The notes: a model not told the origin generated them from the letters alone. A stretch of DNA of 64,000 nucleotides from Treponema sp. (GCA_045642665.1 JAZUJH010000137.1:2242-66241); one strand, 5' to 3'; shown: positions 7,793 to 18,253, numbered from the stretch's first letter. Numbers and translations: made by a program.

Positions 7793-9595
7793 ATGGTTGA
7801 CGAACCGCAGATTAATGACGAAGGAAAGGGTATTCTTTTTAACGGAAAGGGACCTGTTACAAAATGTGTTCAGGTTGAAGGCCAGAAGGATGTTTATCTT
7901 CTTGAGACAATCCTTGAAATGGAATCATACCAGACAGGACCCAAGGCCGGTCAGTTCTACATGATACGTGCCCTTCAGAGTGCAGGTTATTTCAAGAGAC
8001 CTATAAGTGTTTATCATTCAGAGGAAACTGTTTCTTCCGGCGGCAAAAAGAATGTGAAGGTTCAGTTCCTGATTCTGAAGAAAGGTGCGGGAACTTCTGA
8101 GCTTTGTGCTCTTAAAGAGGGAGATGAATTTCTTCTTGAAGGTCCCATGGGAAACACTTTTGATGTTGCAGGAGAATATAAGTCGGGAAAGATTTGTATT
8201 GTAGGCGGCGGTATTGGTGTTGCTCCTGTTGCAAATTTTGCTTCAACTCTTGCTGATGATTCCTATGATTTTTATGCAAGCTTCAAGTCAAACAGCTACG
8301 GTCTTGAATATGTGGGACCTAATGTTACTGTTACAACAGATGACGGTTCCGTGGGAATTAAGGGTATGCTTCCTGCTGCCCTTAATGCTGATGTAGTAAG
8401 GTCCAGGGGATACAAGGTAATTTATGCCTGCGGTCCTACTCCGATGCTCGTATACCTTCAGAAGCTTGCCGCGGAATGCGGAATCAAGGCTTTCCTTAGT
8501 GTGGAACACAGAATGCTTTGTGGGGCGGGTGCCTGCCTTGGATGTACGATCGTAACTAAGAAGGGAAGCCTTCGCGTCTGCAAGGACGGCCCTGTCTTTG
8601 ACTCTGAGATTCTTGACTTCGGGAACCCTCCTGCAAGAAGAGCACCTCTTGAAACCGGAACGGAACCTGATGTAAGTGTTGACATTGCAGGCATTCATTT
8701 TGATAATCCTCTTATTGCTGCTTCCGGAACTTTCGGCTACGGTCAGAATTACCGCGGATTCAGTGATGTCAATTACTGGGGCGGTATCAGCTCAAAGGGT
8801 ACTACCCTGAATCCCCGCGACGGAAATACCGGTGAACGTTGCATTGAAGTTGCTTCGGGAGACATTAATTCAATCGGTCTGCAGAATCCTGGAATGAATT
8901 ACGTAATTGAAAATCTCTTGCCTGAAATGATGAAGCTTAAGCCTGTTGCAATTATGAATGTTGCGGGAAGTGATCTTGATTCTTATGTTGAGGCTGTTAA
9001 ACTTCTGGAAAAGACCGACGTAAAGATGATTGAACTTAACATCAGCTGTCCGAACGTTAAGGCAGGCGGTCAGGCATGGGGTATTGATAAGGATCTTGCC
9101 TTCCAGTGTGTAAGTGCTGTAAAGAAGGCTACAAGCAAGAAACTCATGGTAAAGCTTTCGCCGAACGCTCCCGATCTTAAAGGAGTTGCCATGGCCTGTG
9201 TTGAAGCAGGAGCTGATGCGCTTAGTCTTGTTAACACAATACAGGCTGTTGCAATTGATATTGACAATGCAAAGCCGTGGTTCAATAACATCCGTGCCGG
9301 TCTTTGCGGTCCTGCAATCAAGCCTATTGCTCTTCGTATGGTTTATGATGTCGTTGAGGAAATGAACAGGCTCCCTGCTGATAAAAGAATTCCTGTTGTA
9401 GGTTTGGGAGGAATTTCAAAGTGGCAGGATGTTGTTGAGTTCATAATGGCCGGCGCAAGTGCTGTTCAGATTGGAACTGCCAATTTTGAGAACCCTGATG
9501 TTGCAAAGGAATGTCTTGAAGGTCTCAGAAACTTCATGAAGCTTAAAGGCTATAAGTCCATTGAGGAAATGCGCGGCCTTGCTCAGGTGAACTGA
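7793..9595 (+). CDS. pyrK-pyrD: Fused dihydroorotate dehydrogenase 1B: electron-transfer subunit PyrK plus catalytic PyrD
   Basis: PyrK: RPISV, GGGIGVAP, YACGP, MLCGAGACLGC...VCKDGPVF (2Fe-2S). PyrD: NPLIAASGT, NSIGLQNPG, ELNISCPN, VKLSPN, AVQIGTA. Single ORF; SD GAGGAG before ATG 7793. Confidence 0.92.
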   Translation: MVDEPQINDEGKGILFNGKGPVTKCVQVEGQKDVYLLETILEMESYQTGPKAGQFYMIRALQSAGYFKRPISVYHSEETVSSGGKKNVKVQFLILKKGAGTSELCALKEGDEFLLEGPMGNTFDVAGEYKSGKICIVGGGIGVAPVANFASTLADDSYDFYASFKSNSYGLEYVGPNVTVTTDDGSVGIKGMLPAALNADVVRSRGYKVIYACGPTPMLVYLQKLAAECGIKAFLSVEHRMLCGAGACLGCTIVTKKGSLRVCKDGPVFDSEILDFGNPPARRAPLETGTEPDVSVDIAGIHFDNPLIAASGTFGYGQNYRGFSDVNYWGGISSKGTTLNPRDGNTGERCIEVASGDINSIGLQNPGMNYVIENLLPEMMKLKPVAIMNVAGSDLDSYVEAVKLLEKTDVKMIELNISCPNVKAGGQAWGIDKDLAFQCVSAVKKATSKKLMVKLSPNAPDLKGVAMACVEAGADALSLVNTIQAVAIDIDNAKPWFNNIRAGLCGPAIKPIALRMVYDVVEEMNRLPADKRIPVVGLGGISKWQDVVEFIMAGASAVQIGTANFENPDVAKECLEGLRNFMKLKGYKSIEEMRGLAQVN

Positions 9596-9608
9596 AAGTT
9601 TTCAGGGG

Positions 9609-11090
9609 CTAACGGTTTATGTGATTCCAGTCACTTTTAAGCAGCTGGCTTTCGGGGTACACTTCCAGTGCTTCCTTTAGTATTTTCTTTGCATCTTCGA
9701 TTCTTCCCTTGTTTACTAAAGGAACTATTGAGTTGTGTACCGTCACCGAATAATTGTACATGGACTCGTTCTTGTACTTCCTGAGTCTTGTGCTGCCGGG
9801 AAGATATGTGAGCGCTTCATCGCAAATTGCCGCTGCTTCAAGAAATTTTTCGCTTTTTATTTTGGACATAATTTTTTTTGCCCATGCACTTTCCTGGTAG
9901 GCGTTTATTTTTTTTATCAGCTGGTAATCATTTTTTATCTCATCCATCGTTATAAGGTTTCCATAAAAAGTAATTTCCTCATCAGGACTGGTGAACTTGT
10001 CAATGTTCTGGCTGATGTAGTTGTCAAGCAGGATGTCCACTATTTCGTCCTGGGTTTTTGGGGACAGTAAATCTTTTCTGCTTTTGTAGATTTCGTTTGA
10101 CTGTTCAAGATTTCTGGATTCTGAAAAATATAGCACGCTGTTATACACGCAGTCATTATATATGTCAGAAAGCTTTTCAGTTATTCCGAATTTGTTTATC
10201 ACGTTTTCAATCCATATCATTGAATCGAAATACATTTTCCGGTTCTGCAGAAATACAGCATAGTTTATGCAGATAGAATCGAGGTCATTTCGGCTGTCAT
10301 TATTTCTGGTGTCTCTTTCCGTGAAGAGAAAATAGTAGCGGGAAACGGCGGGCGGCACAGCCCTGAAATAATTGCTGGCATCGTTTGCATAGCTTGAAAG
10401 GTTCCGGGCAATTAGGCTTACTGCCATTCTGTCTGAAATTTCTGTTCTCTTTACGTAACTGGTTTTAGGAATGATTGCATAAACTGTTCCGCTGTTGCCG
10501 CTAGAAATCATCTTCTTTGTGCCAGGGTCGAAGCCTTTTGGATTTGTTGTCTCCACATCAATTTTTTTTCCGTCCACATATACTGTAATGAAGCAGTGTG
10601 AAGGACTTCGCTGTGCACGGGCATCAATTCCGCTGGCCTTTGCGAATGCAAGATAAAGTATGCTTGAAGAAACGCAGTTATATTTTCCTGAATGAAGAGC
10701 CTCATTTATTGTTGTAATATTGATGGAATATTCAAGAAGAATATTTTCGTATATGAAGTCAAGAATTTTCTCTGCCCGCTGGGTTTCACTGAGGGACAGA
10801 AAATCCGGTACAAGAAGGAGATCTCTTAATCTTCTGTATTCATTGAAGTATTCGTTTTCGTGCTTAAGCTGTTCGCTCATGAAAAGGCTTGTCTGTCCGC
10901 GGTAAAATCCTAGGGCCGCGGAAATAATTTCCTCATCATTGAGAGATGAATCCTGAATTCCGTTCTGGGGTTTGAATGTATATGAAGGTTCCAGAGACGG
11001 AAATCCCATGCTGTTCTGTGCCCAAAGATTGTGGATGTTCATGAGAAGAGTAAACAAGAGTGCGGGAAAAATAAATATATGCTTTTTCAT
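9609..11090 (-). CDS. Secreted transglutaminase-like (papain-fold) protein with C-terminal TPR-like helices
   Basis: Signal peptide; YNCVSSS...PSHCF...IDVETT gives a Cys-His-Asp/Glu triad. SD AGGAG. Confidence 0.65.
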   Translation of the reverse strand: MKKHIFIFPALLFTLLMNIHNLWAQNSMGFPSLEPSYTFKPQNGIQDSSLNDEEIISAALGFYRGQTSLFMSEQLKHENEYFNEYRRLRDLLLVPDFLSLSETQRAEKILDFIYENILLEYSINITTINEALHSGKYNCVSSSILYLAFAKASGIDARAQRSPSHCFITVYVDGKKIDVETTNPKGFDPGTKKMISSGNSGTVYAIIPKTSYVKRTEISDRMAVSLIARNLSSYANDASNYFRAVPPAVSRYYFLFTERDTRNNDSRNDLDSICINYAVFLQNRKMYFDSMIWIENVINKFGITEKLSDIYNDCVYNSVLYFSESRNLEQSNEIYKSRKDLLSPKTQDEIVDILLDNYISQNIDKFTSPDEEITFYGNLITMDEIKNDYQLIKKINAYQESAWAKKIMSKIKSEKFLEAAAICDEALTYLPGSTRLRKYKNESMYNYSVTVHNSIVPLVNKGRIEDAKKILKEALEVYPESQLLKSDWNHINR

Positions 11091-11157
11091 TGCGGGTCTC
11101 CTTACAGATATTATAACGGTAAACAGACAAAAAAAAAGTGGGTGAAGGTTCCGGGGG

Positions 11158-11186
11158 AAAAAATAGACGGCTCCGAGGAACCGTCC
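11158..11186 (-). terminator. Intrinsic terminator after pyrC
   Basis: Minus strand GGACGGTTCC-TCG-GAGCCGTCT followed by ATTTTTT. Confidence 0.65.
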
Positions 11187-11217
11187 GTTATTTTAGAGAT
11201 GACATTGGAAATGCATC

Positions 11218-12585
11218 TCAGATAGAATTATTAGATATGTCCTGGTTCTGGAAAACAATTTTTCCGTTGAAGAATGTAGCTTCTACTTGTCCTGTAAGTT
11301 CTTTGCCTTCAAGTGGAGTGAATTTTCCTTTGCTTGCGAATTCTTCTCCGCAGACCGTCCAGGTTTTGTTTTCGTCCACCAGCACAAGATTTGCAGCATA
11401 GCCTTCCTTGAGAAGTCCTGTCTTTTTGAGTCCAAGAATCTGTGCTGGCGCAAGTGACATCTTCCTTGAAAGATCATTGAGTGTGAATGAATTCTTTTTG
11501 CACAGGATTGTGTTGCAAACTGCGAAGGCTGTTTCCAGTCCGCTGAATCCTGGGCTTCCGTTCTTTTTGTCTTCGGCCGTGTGAGGAGCGTGGTCTGTTG
11601 CAATTGCATCAGCCGTTCCGTCTTTAAGGGCTTCAATTACAGCAAGCCTGTCATCTTCTGTTCTCAGAGGAGGGTTCACGATATTAAAAATACCGGGCGA
11701 CTTTTCTCCGCTAAGTCCGATGTGGTGAGGCGTGACTTCGCAGGTAACATCGTAACCCTTTGCTCGTGCTCGGCGAACAAGTTCAATGCTTTCACGTGTG
11801 CTTACATGACAGATGTGAACATGGGCACCGGCTTTTGCGGCGAGTTCAATGTTCCTGTAAGTGCATGAGTCTTCTGCGGCAGCAAGAAATTTGTTTGCCT
11901 CCGTAAGATAATTTTCTGCGGACCTTATTTCTTCTTCGCTTAGGCTTTCAATTCCTTTTTCAAGAATCCTGAGAGCATTCATTCTGTAAGGACGGGCCTT
12001 TGCTGCAAGCGACGGGTCTTCGCAGTGGCAGGAAACAATAATATTTTTTTCAGCAGCAATTTTCATTGCATCAAACATTACAGATGAATCAGTAACTTCC
12101 TTTCCGTCTTCAGTGATTAAAGGAACAGTTGCACTGTCCAGGGATTCAAGATGGGAAATTGTTTTTCCGTCAAAATCTTTTGTGATGCTTACACTCTGAA
12201 TTACTTTCGTATAACCGAAAGCAGTTGCCTTGCTGTTATTTATCACCGCAGCTTCCTGGGAAGATACAACCGGACTTGTGTTCGGCATGAGAACCAAAGT
12301 CGTGAATCCGCCTGCAGCAGCTGCAAGAGAACCTGTTTCAATATCTTCTTTGTGAGTGAGTCCCGGATCCCTGAAGTGTGCATGCATGTCAATGAAACCC
12401 GGCATAAGTGTTCGGCCCTGTGCGTCAAACTTTGCAACGGTTTCATCTTCAAGCAGTTTCTTTACCGCATCCTTTGACGGAAAACCTGCAATGGAACTGT
12501 CGTCAAGAAGTATGGCTCCGTTTTTTATTGTAATGTTAGCGTCAACAAGATTTGCATTGTAAATGAGAAAAAGATTTTTGTTCAA
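11218..12585 (-). CDS. pyrC: Dihydroorotase
   Basis: PGFIDMHAHFRDPG, SCHCED, HICHVST, CEVTPHH, NPPLR, ATDHAPH. Confidence 0.93.
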   Translation of the reverse strand: MNKNLFLIYNANLVDANITIKNGAILLDDSSIAGFPSKDAVKKLLEDETVAKFDAQGRTLMPGFIDMHAHFRDPGLTHKEDIETGSLAAAAGGFTTLVLMPNTSPVVSSQEAAVINNSKATAFGYTKVIQSVSITKDFDGKTISHLESLDSATVPLITEDGKEVTDSSVMFDAMKIAAEKNIIVSCHCEDPSLAAKARPYRMNALRILEKGIESLSEEEIRSAENYLTEANKFLAAAEDSCTYRNIELAAKAGAHVHICHVSTRESIELVRRARAKGYDVTCEVTPHHIGLSGEKSPGIFNIVNPPLRTEDDRLAVIEALKDGTADAIATDHAPHTAEDKKNGSPGFSGLETAFAVCNTILCKKNSFTLNDLSRKMSLAPAQILGLKKTGLLKEGYAANLVLVDENKTWTVCGEEFASKGKFTPLEGKELTGQVEATFFNGKIVFQNQDISNNSI

Positions 12586-12597
12586 CTAAATTTTCTC

Positions 12598-13044
12598 CTA
12601 GTTTTCACCTACAGCTATTTCACCTGCTGTATAAAGTGAGTCGCAGTAAATGCAGCGGTACTGTTTGAGGCTTTTGTCCACGAGATAGAATTCCTGAGGA
12701 ACATAGTGTTCTGTAATTGTAATGCAGCGCGGATTCTTGCACTTGATTACGTTTTCAACTTTGTCAGGGAATTCCATTTTAATTTTTCTTACAATCTGAG
12801 AATCCTGGATTACATTTACAGTGATATTCGGGTCAATGAATCCGAGTACGCTGTAGTCAATGTTAATGAGGCTGTCGATCTTAATAATGTCTTTTGTTCC
12901 TGATTTCTGTGAAACTGCATTTACTATAAGTGCGCATGAGAACTTTGCTTTATCAAGTCCAAGCCATTTAAAAACTTTCCATCCGCTTCCTGCCTGGATG
13001 TGGTCAATTACAAATCCGTTCTTTATTTCAGCAATATTGATCAT
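12598..13044 (-). CDS. pyrI: Aspartate carbamoyltransferase regulatory chain
   Basis: [14 protein letters not shown], Zn motif CKNPRC...CIYC. Confidence 0.93.
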   Translation of the reverse strand: MINIAEIKNGFVIDHIQAGSGWKVFKWLGLDKAKFSCALIVNAVSQKSGTKDIIKIDSLINIDYSVLGFIDPNITVNVIQDSQIVRKIKMEFPDKVENVIKCKNPRCITITEHYVPQEFYLVDKSLKQYRCIYCDSLYTAGEIAVGEN

Positions 13045-13071
13045 CTTAATTTCTCCTAACAGTTACCAGAA

Positions 13072-13995
13072 TCAGAGGCATCCTGTAACTTTTGCAATAA
13101 GTGCCATGCGTGCGTACATTCCGTATTTTACCTGCTTGAAGTAAGCAGCCCTTGGGTCGTCATCTATTTCTGTTGCAATTTCATTTACACGTGGAAGTGG
13201 ATGAAGAACAATCATGTCCTTTCTTGCCATTGACATCTTTGCTTTGTCAAGAATGTAGCTGTCCTTGAGGCGGATATAGTCCTGCTCGTTGAAGAAGCGT
13301 TCCTTCTGTACGCGTGTCATGTAGAGAATATCAAGGTCACCGATTACATCTTCAAGTCTTTCTGCAGTTACATATTCAACGCCTGCAGGTTCAAGAACTG
13401 ATTTTATATAATATTCCGGAAGGGAAAGTTCGTTCGGGCTGATGAAAACGAATTTGTTTTTCGGATAGCGGCTCATTGCTTTTGCAAGGGAGTGTACTGT
13501 GCGCCCGAACTTTAAGTCTCCGCAGAAACCTATTGTGTGTCCTTCGAATCCACCCTGAAGAGCACGGATTGTAAGAAGGTCAGTAAGTGTCTGTGTCGGA
13601 TGATAGTGTCCTCCGTCACCTGCATTGATTATAGGACAGGCACTGAATTTTGAAGCCAGCATTGCGGCACCTTCCTTTGGGGAACGCATTGCAATTACAT
13701 CAACGTAGGAACTTACTACTCTGATTGTGTCGGCTAAAGTTTCGCCTTTTGTAGAGGATGTGCTGTTTGCATCTGAAAATCCTTCTACGCTGCCTCCGAG
13801 ATGAAGCATTGCGGCTTCAAATGAAAGACGGGTTCTGGTGCTTGGCTCAAAAAAAAGTGTCGCAAGAATTTTCCCACGACACACATCCTGAAACGAAACT
13901 GGATCAACAATCATCTGTTCTGCAATAGAACAAATTTCATTTATTTCTGAGATTGACAAATCACCTGGCTCGAGAATATGAGCACCTTTTAACAT
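13072..13995 (-). CDS. pyrB: Aspartate carbamoyltransferase catalytic chain
   Basis: [58 protein letters not shown]. Start ATG 13995 after SD AGGGGGA. Confidence 0.96.
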   Translation of the reverse strand: MLKGAHILEPGDLSISEINEICSIAEQMIVDPVSFQDVCRGKILATLFFEPSTRTRLSFEAAMLHLGGSVEGFSDANSTSSTKGETLADTIRVVSSYVDVIAMRSPKEGAAMLASKFSACPIINAGDGGHYHPTQTLTDLLTIRALQGGFEGHTIGFCGDLKFGRTVHSLAKAMSRYPKNKFVFISPNELSLPEYYIKSVLEPAGVEYVTAERLEDVIGDLDILYMTRVQKERFFNEQDYIRLKDSYILDKAKMSMARKDMIVLHPLPRVNEIATEIDDDPRAAYFKQVKYGMYARMALIAKVTGCL

Positions 13996-14172
13996 GTAAG
14001 TCCCCCTGTGACAAATTTTTATCATTATACTCATTTAAATATTTTTTAGCAATAGAAAACAGGGGGATTTTTTATTAACTTACGGGTACCTCCAAAAAAT
14101 CCGGAGCGTGTCCGCCAGATCTAATTTGCATGTCTTTTAAGTTCTTCCTGAAACAGATGCTTCATGGAGAAT

Positions 14173-14880
14173 TCAAGAATTATACCAGTGAGATGCAGTT
14201 TCGTCCGCAAACTGTACGAGCATTACAAGCGGATTTTTAAGGAAGTTTGAATAGTTGTATGACTCGTATTCGCTTAAATCAAAGACTCCCATGTGACGGC
14301 TGATTGCTTCAAGAACTGTGCGGTTCTTTATGAGTGAAGGCATGAGTTCCAGAACTCTGAGCACTGATTCATTTCCGTGTCCGAGTACGCGGGAATCCTG
14401 ACGTGATTTGTAGATAGGAATTTTCTTCCAGTTACCGAATATGTCCTTGTTATTTTTGTATTCAATCTTGTAGGAATTGACTTTGCAGAAGTCGTGGCAT
14501 ATTGTGCTTATGAAAATATCTCCTGCAGTAAGTCTGTAATCTGCATTAAGTTTGCTTGCCGTAAAGTTTTCAATGTATGCTTCACACATTGAAAGTGCCT
14601 GCAGCAGTACCCTGAAGCTGTGAACTGCAAGTCCGTGCTCAAAGTCTCCATGAAATTTTGTTGAGGCAGGGCTTGTATAGAAGTCCGAGTTTTCCATCCA
14701 GTTAAGGAGATTTTCTTTTTCTTCCTTGTTCTCAATAACTGCATCGGCCATTTTCTGTATGCAGATTTTTATTCCGTCAAAATTAAAACTGGCGTCCTCG
14801 TTGAAGCATTTGCATTCCTTTGAAATCTCCAGCATCATGCGGCAGTCCGCGTAAAGTTTGTTTTTTTCTTCTTCAGTCAT
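14173..14880 (-). CDS. HD-domain phosphohydrolase
   Basis: FHGDFEHGLAVHS...ICHDFCK...GHG...RHMG...FADE metal-binding pattern. Confidence 0.75.
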   Translation of the reverse strand: MTEEEKNKLYADCRMMLEISKECKCFNEDASFNFDGIKICIQKMADAVIENKEEKENLLNWMENSDFYTSPASTKFHGDFEHGLAVHSFRVLLQALSMCEAYIENFTASKLNADYRLTAGDIFISTICHDFCKVNSYKIEYKNNKDIFGNWKKIPIYKSRQDSRVLGHGNESVLRVLELMPSLIKNRTVLEAISRHMGVFDLSEYESYNYSNFLKNPLVMLVQFADETASHWYNS

Positions 14881-14886
14881 GGGTAA

Positions 14887-14915
14887 AATATAGAATATTT
14901 TTATGTGTTAGTCAA
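14887..14915 (-). promoter_or_regulatory. Promoter TTGACT-N17-TATATT, 6 nt before the HD-gene ATG (leaderless)
   Basis: Read directly; no SD. Confidence 0.6.
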
Positions 14916-14961
14916 ATAATTTATGGGCGAAGAGAATGTGCGGTTACGGATAATCATCCGG

Positions 14962-16302
14962 TTATGTTACAAGGTTCCGGGCTTTCTGCAAAAAATTTTC
15001 GTCTACCAGTTGAGGATATTTTTCTTTTATGATTTCCAGATTCTCTATGAGGGATTCAAAATTTTCATCAGGCCTTCCGTCTGTCCCGAAGATTATTTCG
15101 CAGTAACCTTTTTCCCTTTCCTGCTTGGCGCTCAGGTTTCTCAGCTGATGGAGATATTTAATGTAAGGCAGAGAAGAAATTTCTTTGAGAGTTTCAGTTT
15201 CTGTCAGAGGAATCTTAAAATTGCACATTTTTTTCATTGCTCTTATTTCGTCCTGGCCTGGCAATCTGTTTTGTGAAAGTTCAAATAAAATTTGCGGCAG
15301 AGTTTTACCTAAAGCGGCTGCATAAGTTTCGCTCATTCCGGAAAGACGTGGATTGATTTCAATTGCAAACCATCTTCCGTTTTTGTAAATGAGGTCCACC
15401 TGGCTTATTCCGTTCAGGTTTAATTTTTCTGCAATGTGTGTGAGCATTGAAATAAGTTCATCTGAATAGAATTCATCATCCGTGAGAGGACCGATTTTTA
15501 CACTCTGCTTCGGGCTTGTAATTCCGTAGCGGTTCACGGAGAATGCGAAGGGAGGAAGAACAACATGTTTTCCGTTGGCACTGTAAATTTCACATCCGCA
15601 CTGAAGTCCGGCAATGTACTCTTCAACAAGGCGATCAGAATTTGTTTTTCCCATGTTCAGATAGTGCACTGTTTCCTTGAAGGAGACTGCCACTTCCATT
15701 CCGTATGAACTTAATCCTGAGGTGTCCTTTATTACGACAGGGAAATTCATTTTGCTGATCTGGGAAAAAATAAATTTTTTATACGGGTTGGTTTTTATTT
15801 CCTTTCTGCTTCGTTCCGCCCAGTAAATATCATGCTTAACATAAACGGAAAAGGGAATGCTGATATTGTTCTGGATAAAAAAGTTTTTAGTTGCGTTCTT
15901 GTCAAAGCATATCATCTGGCTTAATGAGGGATGGCATAAAGTTTTTATTCCTCTTGAAATCAGTGTTTCGCCTATGAGTGAATCATTCAGGCTAAGCCAG
16001 TCAAAAGGTCTCTGCCAAAAGCTGCATGCAACGGCAACATCAGGATTCATCTGAATGATTTCATCAGCACAATCTTCTGCAGAAACTTTCTGTGAAATTA
16101 CGATGTTCAAATTTTTTATGCCGCTGATTTTTTCATCTTCAAGAACAAATTTTCCCGGCGACTGTGTGTAAATAAAAAAAACGTCATCAGAATTTTCTGC
16201 ACATAAATTTTTCCAGCATTCAGAGCGAGAAGGGAAAACATTTATTTCGTAATCAGAAGGATTATAATTGTTTGTGTTCGTGCTGTAGAAAAGAATATTC
16301 AT
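14962..16302 (-). CDS. Stand-alone ATP-grasp domain protein
   Basis: FPVVIKD, LVEEYIAG, QVDLI...AIEINPRLSG. Confidence 0.75.
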   Translation of the reverse strand: MNILFYSTNTNNYNPSDYEINVFPSRSECWKNLCAENSDDVFFIYTQSPGKFVLEDEKISGIKNLNIVISQKVSAEDCADEIIQMNPDVAVACSFWQRPFDWLSLNDSLIGETLISRGIKTLCHPSLSQMICFDKNATKNFFIQNNISIPFSVYVKHDIYWAERSRKEIKTNPYKKFIFSQISKMNFPVVIKDTSGLSSYGMEVAVSFKETVHYLNMGKTNSDRLVEEYIAGLQCGCEIYSANGKHVVLPPFAFSVNRYGITSPKQSVKIGPLTDDEFYSDELISMLTHIAEKLNLNGISQVDLIYKNGRWFAIEINPRLSGMSETYAAALGKTLPQILFELSQNRLPGQDEIRAMKKMCNFKIPLTETETLKEISSLPYIKYLHQLRNLSAKQEREKGYCEIIFGTDGRPDENFESLIENLEIIKEKYPQLVDENFLQKARNLVT

Positions 16303-16308
16303 GCGGGA

Positions 16309-16317
16309 AGTTTAGCA
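16309..16317 (-). promoter_or_regulatory. Extended -10 (TG-C-TAAACT), 6 nt before ATG 16302
   Basis: Read directly; no SD; no clear -35. Confidence 0.45.
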
Positions 16318-16376
16318 CAATTTTATTTTTTTGTCTTGCTGATGATTTCAGGTGCATGAGATTTTAAAATGCTGTG

Positions 16377-16412
16377 CCAGGCTTAAAATCTTGCCTGGGA
16401 TATTAAGCCTGG
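16377..16412. terminator. Hairpin after kduI
   Basis: Perfect 10-bp stem CCAGGCTTAA/TTAAGCCTGG. Confidence 0.5.
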
Positions 16413-16443
16413 TACTTTCATTAAGAATTATCTGTGCTTTCCT

Positions 16444-17292
16444 TTATCTCAGGTCTTCTGTCCTGATAATGTCCTGGTCAGTGTAGGTTCTGTTTTCACC
16501 ACCCATTGACCAGATGAAAGTATAATTCTTTGTTCCGCAGCCTGAATGAATTGACCAGCTCGGATTGATGACGGCTTCTTCGTTGTGCATAAGAATGTGT
16601 CGTGTTTCCTGCGGTTCTCCCATAAAGTGAAATATTGTCTGGTTCGGCTCAATGTCAAAATAGAAATAAACTTCCATTCGTCTTTCATGAGTGTGGGCCG
16701 GCATTGTATTCCATACCGATCCTTCCTCAAGATGTGTAAGTCCCATTGAAAGCTGGCAGGTATCAAGAACATCAGGATGGATGTACTGGTTGATGGTTCT
16801 TTCATTACATTCGGCAAGGCTTCCCAGATGAAGATGTTTTGCATCATTGTAGGTAATCAGTTTTGCCGGGAAGGGATGATGAGCCGGTGTTGAGTTCATG
16901 TAGAATTTTGCGGGAGCTGATGGGGAGTCTGATGAAAGATGAACTTCCTTTGTACCCATGGGCAGATAGAGTGCGTCATAATGTTTGACAGCAAAAATTT
17001 TTCCGTCTGCCTCTACAGTACCGTCTCCGCCTATGTTTATTATTCCAAGCTCCCGGCGTTCAAGAAAATAATTTACGCCAAAATCTTTCATGGGGTCAAT
17101 GTTTTTTGAAAGGTTAACTTTTTCATTTACAGGCATGCATCCTAAAGTGACGATGCGGTCAATGTGAGAATAGACAGCGCTCACGTCGTCTGCAATAAAA
17201 ATATTCTGAACCAGAAATTCTTTTCTAAGTTCATCAGTTGTCATTCTCTTGAAGGGCTCCTTGCCGGTTGAATATCTTATATCCATTTTCAT
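16444..17292 (-). CDS. kduI: 4-deoxy-L-threo-5-hexosulose-uronate ketol-isomerase
   Basis: YSHIDRI, FLERRELGIINIGG, RTINQYIHP, QLSMGLT, WNTMPAHTHERRMEVYFY, SWSIHSGCGT. Confidence 0.96.
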   Translation of the reverse strand: MKMDIRYSTGKEPFKRMTTDELRKEFLVQNIFIADDVSAVYSHIDRIVTLGCMPVNEKVNLSKNIDPMKDFGVNYFLERRELGIINIGGDGTVEADGKIFAVKHYDALYLPMGTKEVHLSSDSPSAPAKFYMNSTPAHHPFPAKLITYNDAKHLHLGSLAECNERTINQYIHPDVLDTCQLSMGLTHLEEGSVWNTMPAHTHERRMEVYFYFDIEPNQTIFHFMGEPQETRHILMHNEEAVINPSWSIHSGCGTKNYTFIWSMGGENRTYTDQDIIRTEDLR

Positions 17293-17349
17293 TCTCCTGT
17301 TTCTTTTTGTCTTCCTGTGAAATGTAGTTGGATTTGTTTATATAAAAAG

Positions 17350-18153
17350 TTATTTGGGCTGACGGCCTATGTATGCAAGAATTCCGCCGTCAACATAAAG
17401 AATATGTCCGTTCACAAAATTTGATGCGTCGCTTGCAAGAAATACTGCAGGCCCTGCAAGATCTTCAGGTGTTCCCCAGCGTTCCTGAGGTGTCTTTGAA
17501 ATGATGAAGGAATCAAATGGGTGTGGAGAACCGTCGCCCTGTTTTTCGCGAAGGGGTGCCGTCTGCTCAGTCGCAATGTATCCGGGGCCTAAGCCGTTGC
17601 ACTGGATGTTATATTTCCCGTATTCCGAACAGATGTTTTTTGTAAGCATCTTGAGTCCGCCTTTTGCAGCTGCGTAAGCGCTGACAGTTTCGCGTCCAAG
17701 CTCACTCATCATTGAGCATACGTTAATAATTTTTCCGTGGCCTTTGTTTATCATCTGAGGAATTACTGCCCTTGAAACTATGAAAGGGGAGACCACATCA
17801 ATGTCAAGAACTTCCTTGTATTCTTCAAGCGTCATTTCCGTCATCGGAATGCGTTTAATTATTCCAGCGTTGTTTACAAGAATATCAATTACGCCTAAGT
17901 CCTTGTTTATCTGTTCAACTGTTTTTTTTACTTCGTCTTCTTTCGTTACATCGCACAGATAGCCTCTGACATCAAGGCCCTCTGCTTTATAGGCTTCTGT
18001 TCCTCTGCTAAGTTTTTCTTTCTTCCGTTCACAGAATGCCACACTTGCACCAGCCTTTGCCAGTGCAGAAGCAATTGCAAAGCCTATGCCGTAGGAAGCT
18101 CCTGTAACCCAGGCAACTTTGCCTTTTAATGAAAATGATGAAATCACGTCCAT
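17350..18153 (-). CDS. kduD: 2-dehydro-3-deoxy-D-gluconate 5-dehydrogenase / gluconate 5-dehydrogenase (SDR)
   Basis: TGASYGIG, VNNAGII, SELGRETVSAYAAAKGG, NGLGPGY; adjacent to kduI. Start ATG 18153 after SD GAGGG. Confidence 0.85.
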   Translation of the reverse strand: MDVISSFSLKGKVAWVTGASYGIGFAIASALAKAGASVAFCERKKEKLSRGTEAYKAEGLDVRGYLCDVTKEDEVKKTVEQINKDLGVIDILVNNAGIIKRIPMTEMTLEEYKEVLDIDVVSPFIVSRAVIPQMINKGHGKIINVCSMMSELGRETVSAYAAAKGGLKMLTKNICSEYGKYNIQCNGLGPGYIATEQTAPLREKQGDGSPHPFDSFIISKTPQERWGTPEDLAGPAVFLASDASNFVNGHILYVDGGILAYIGRQPK

Positions 18154-18217
18154 ATTACCCTCTTTCTTTGAAAACCTTTTCATAAAGTATATATCCGAAA
18201 GAGGGATTTGTAAATGC

Positions 18218-18253
18218 GGGGACCTCTAAAAAATACATTTTTTAGAGATGCCC
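18218..18253. repeat. Short family-A palindrome (GGGGACCTCTAAAAAA...TTTTTTAGAGATGCCC)
   Basis: Same termini as families B and C. Confidence 0.75.
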
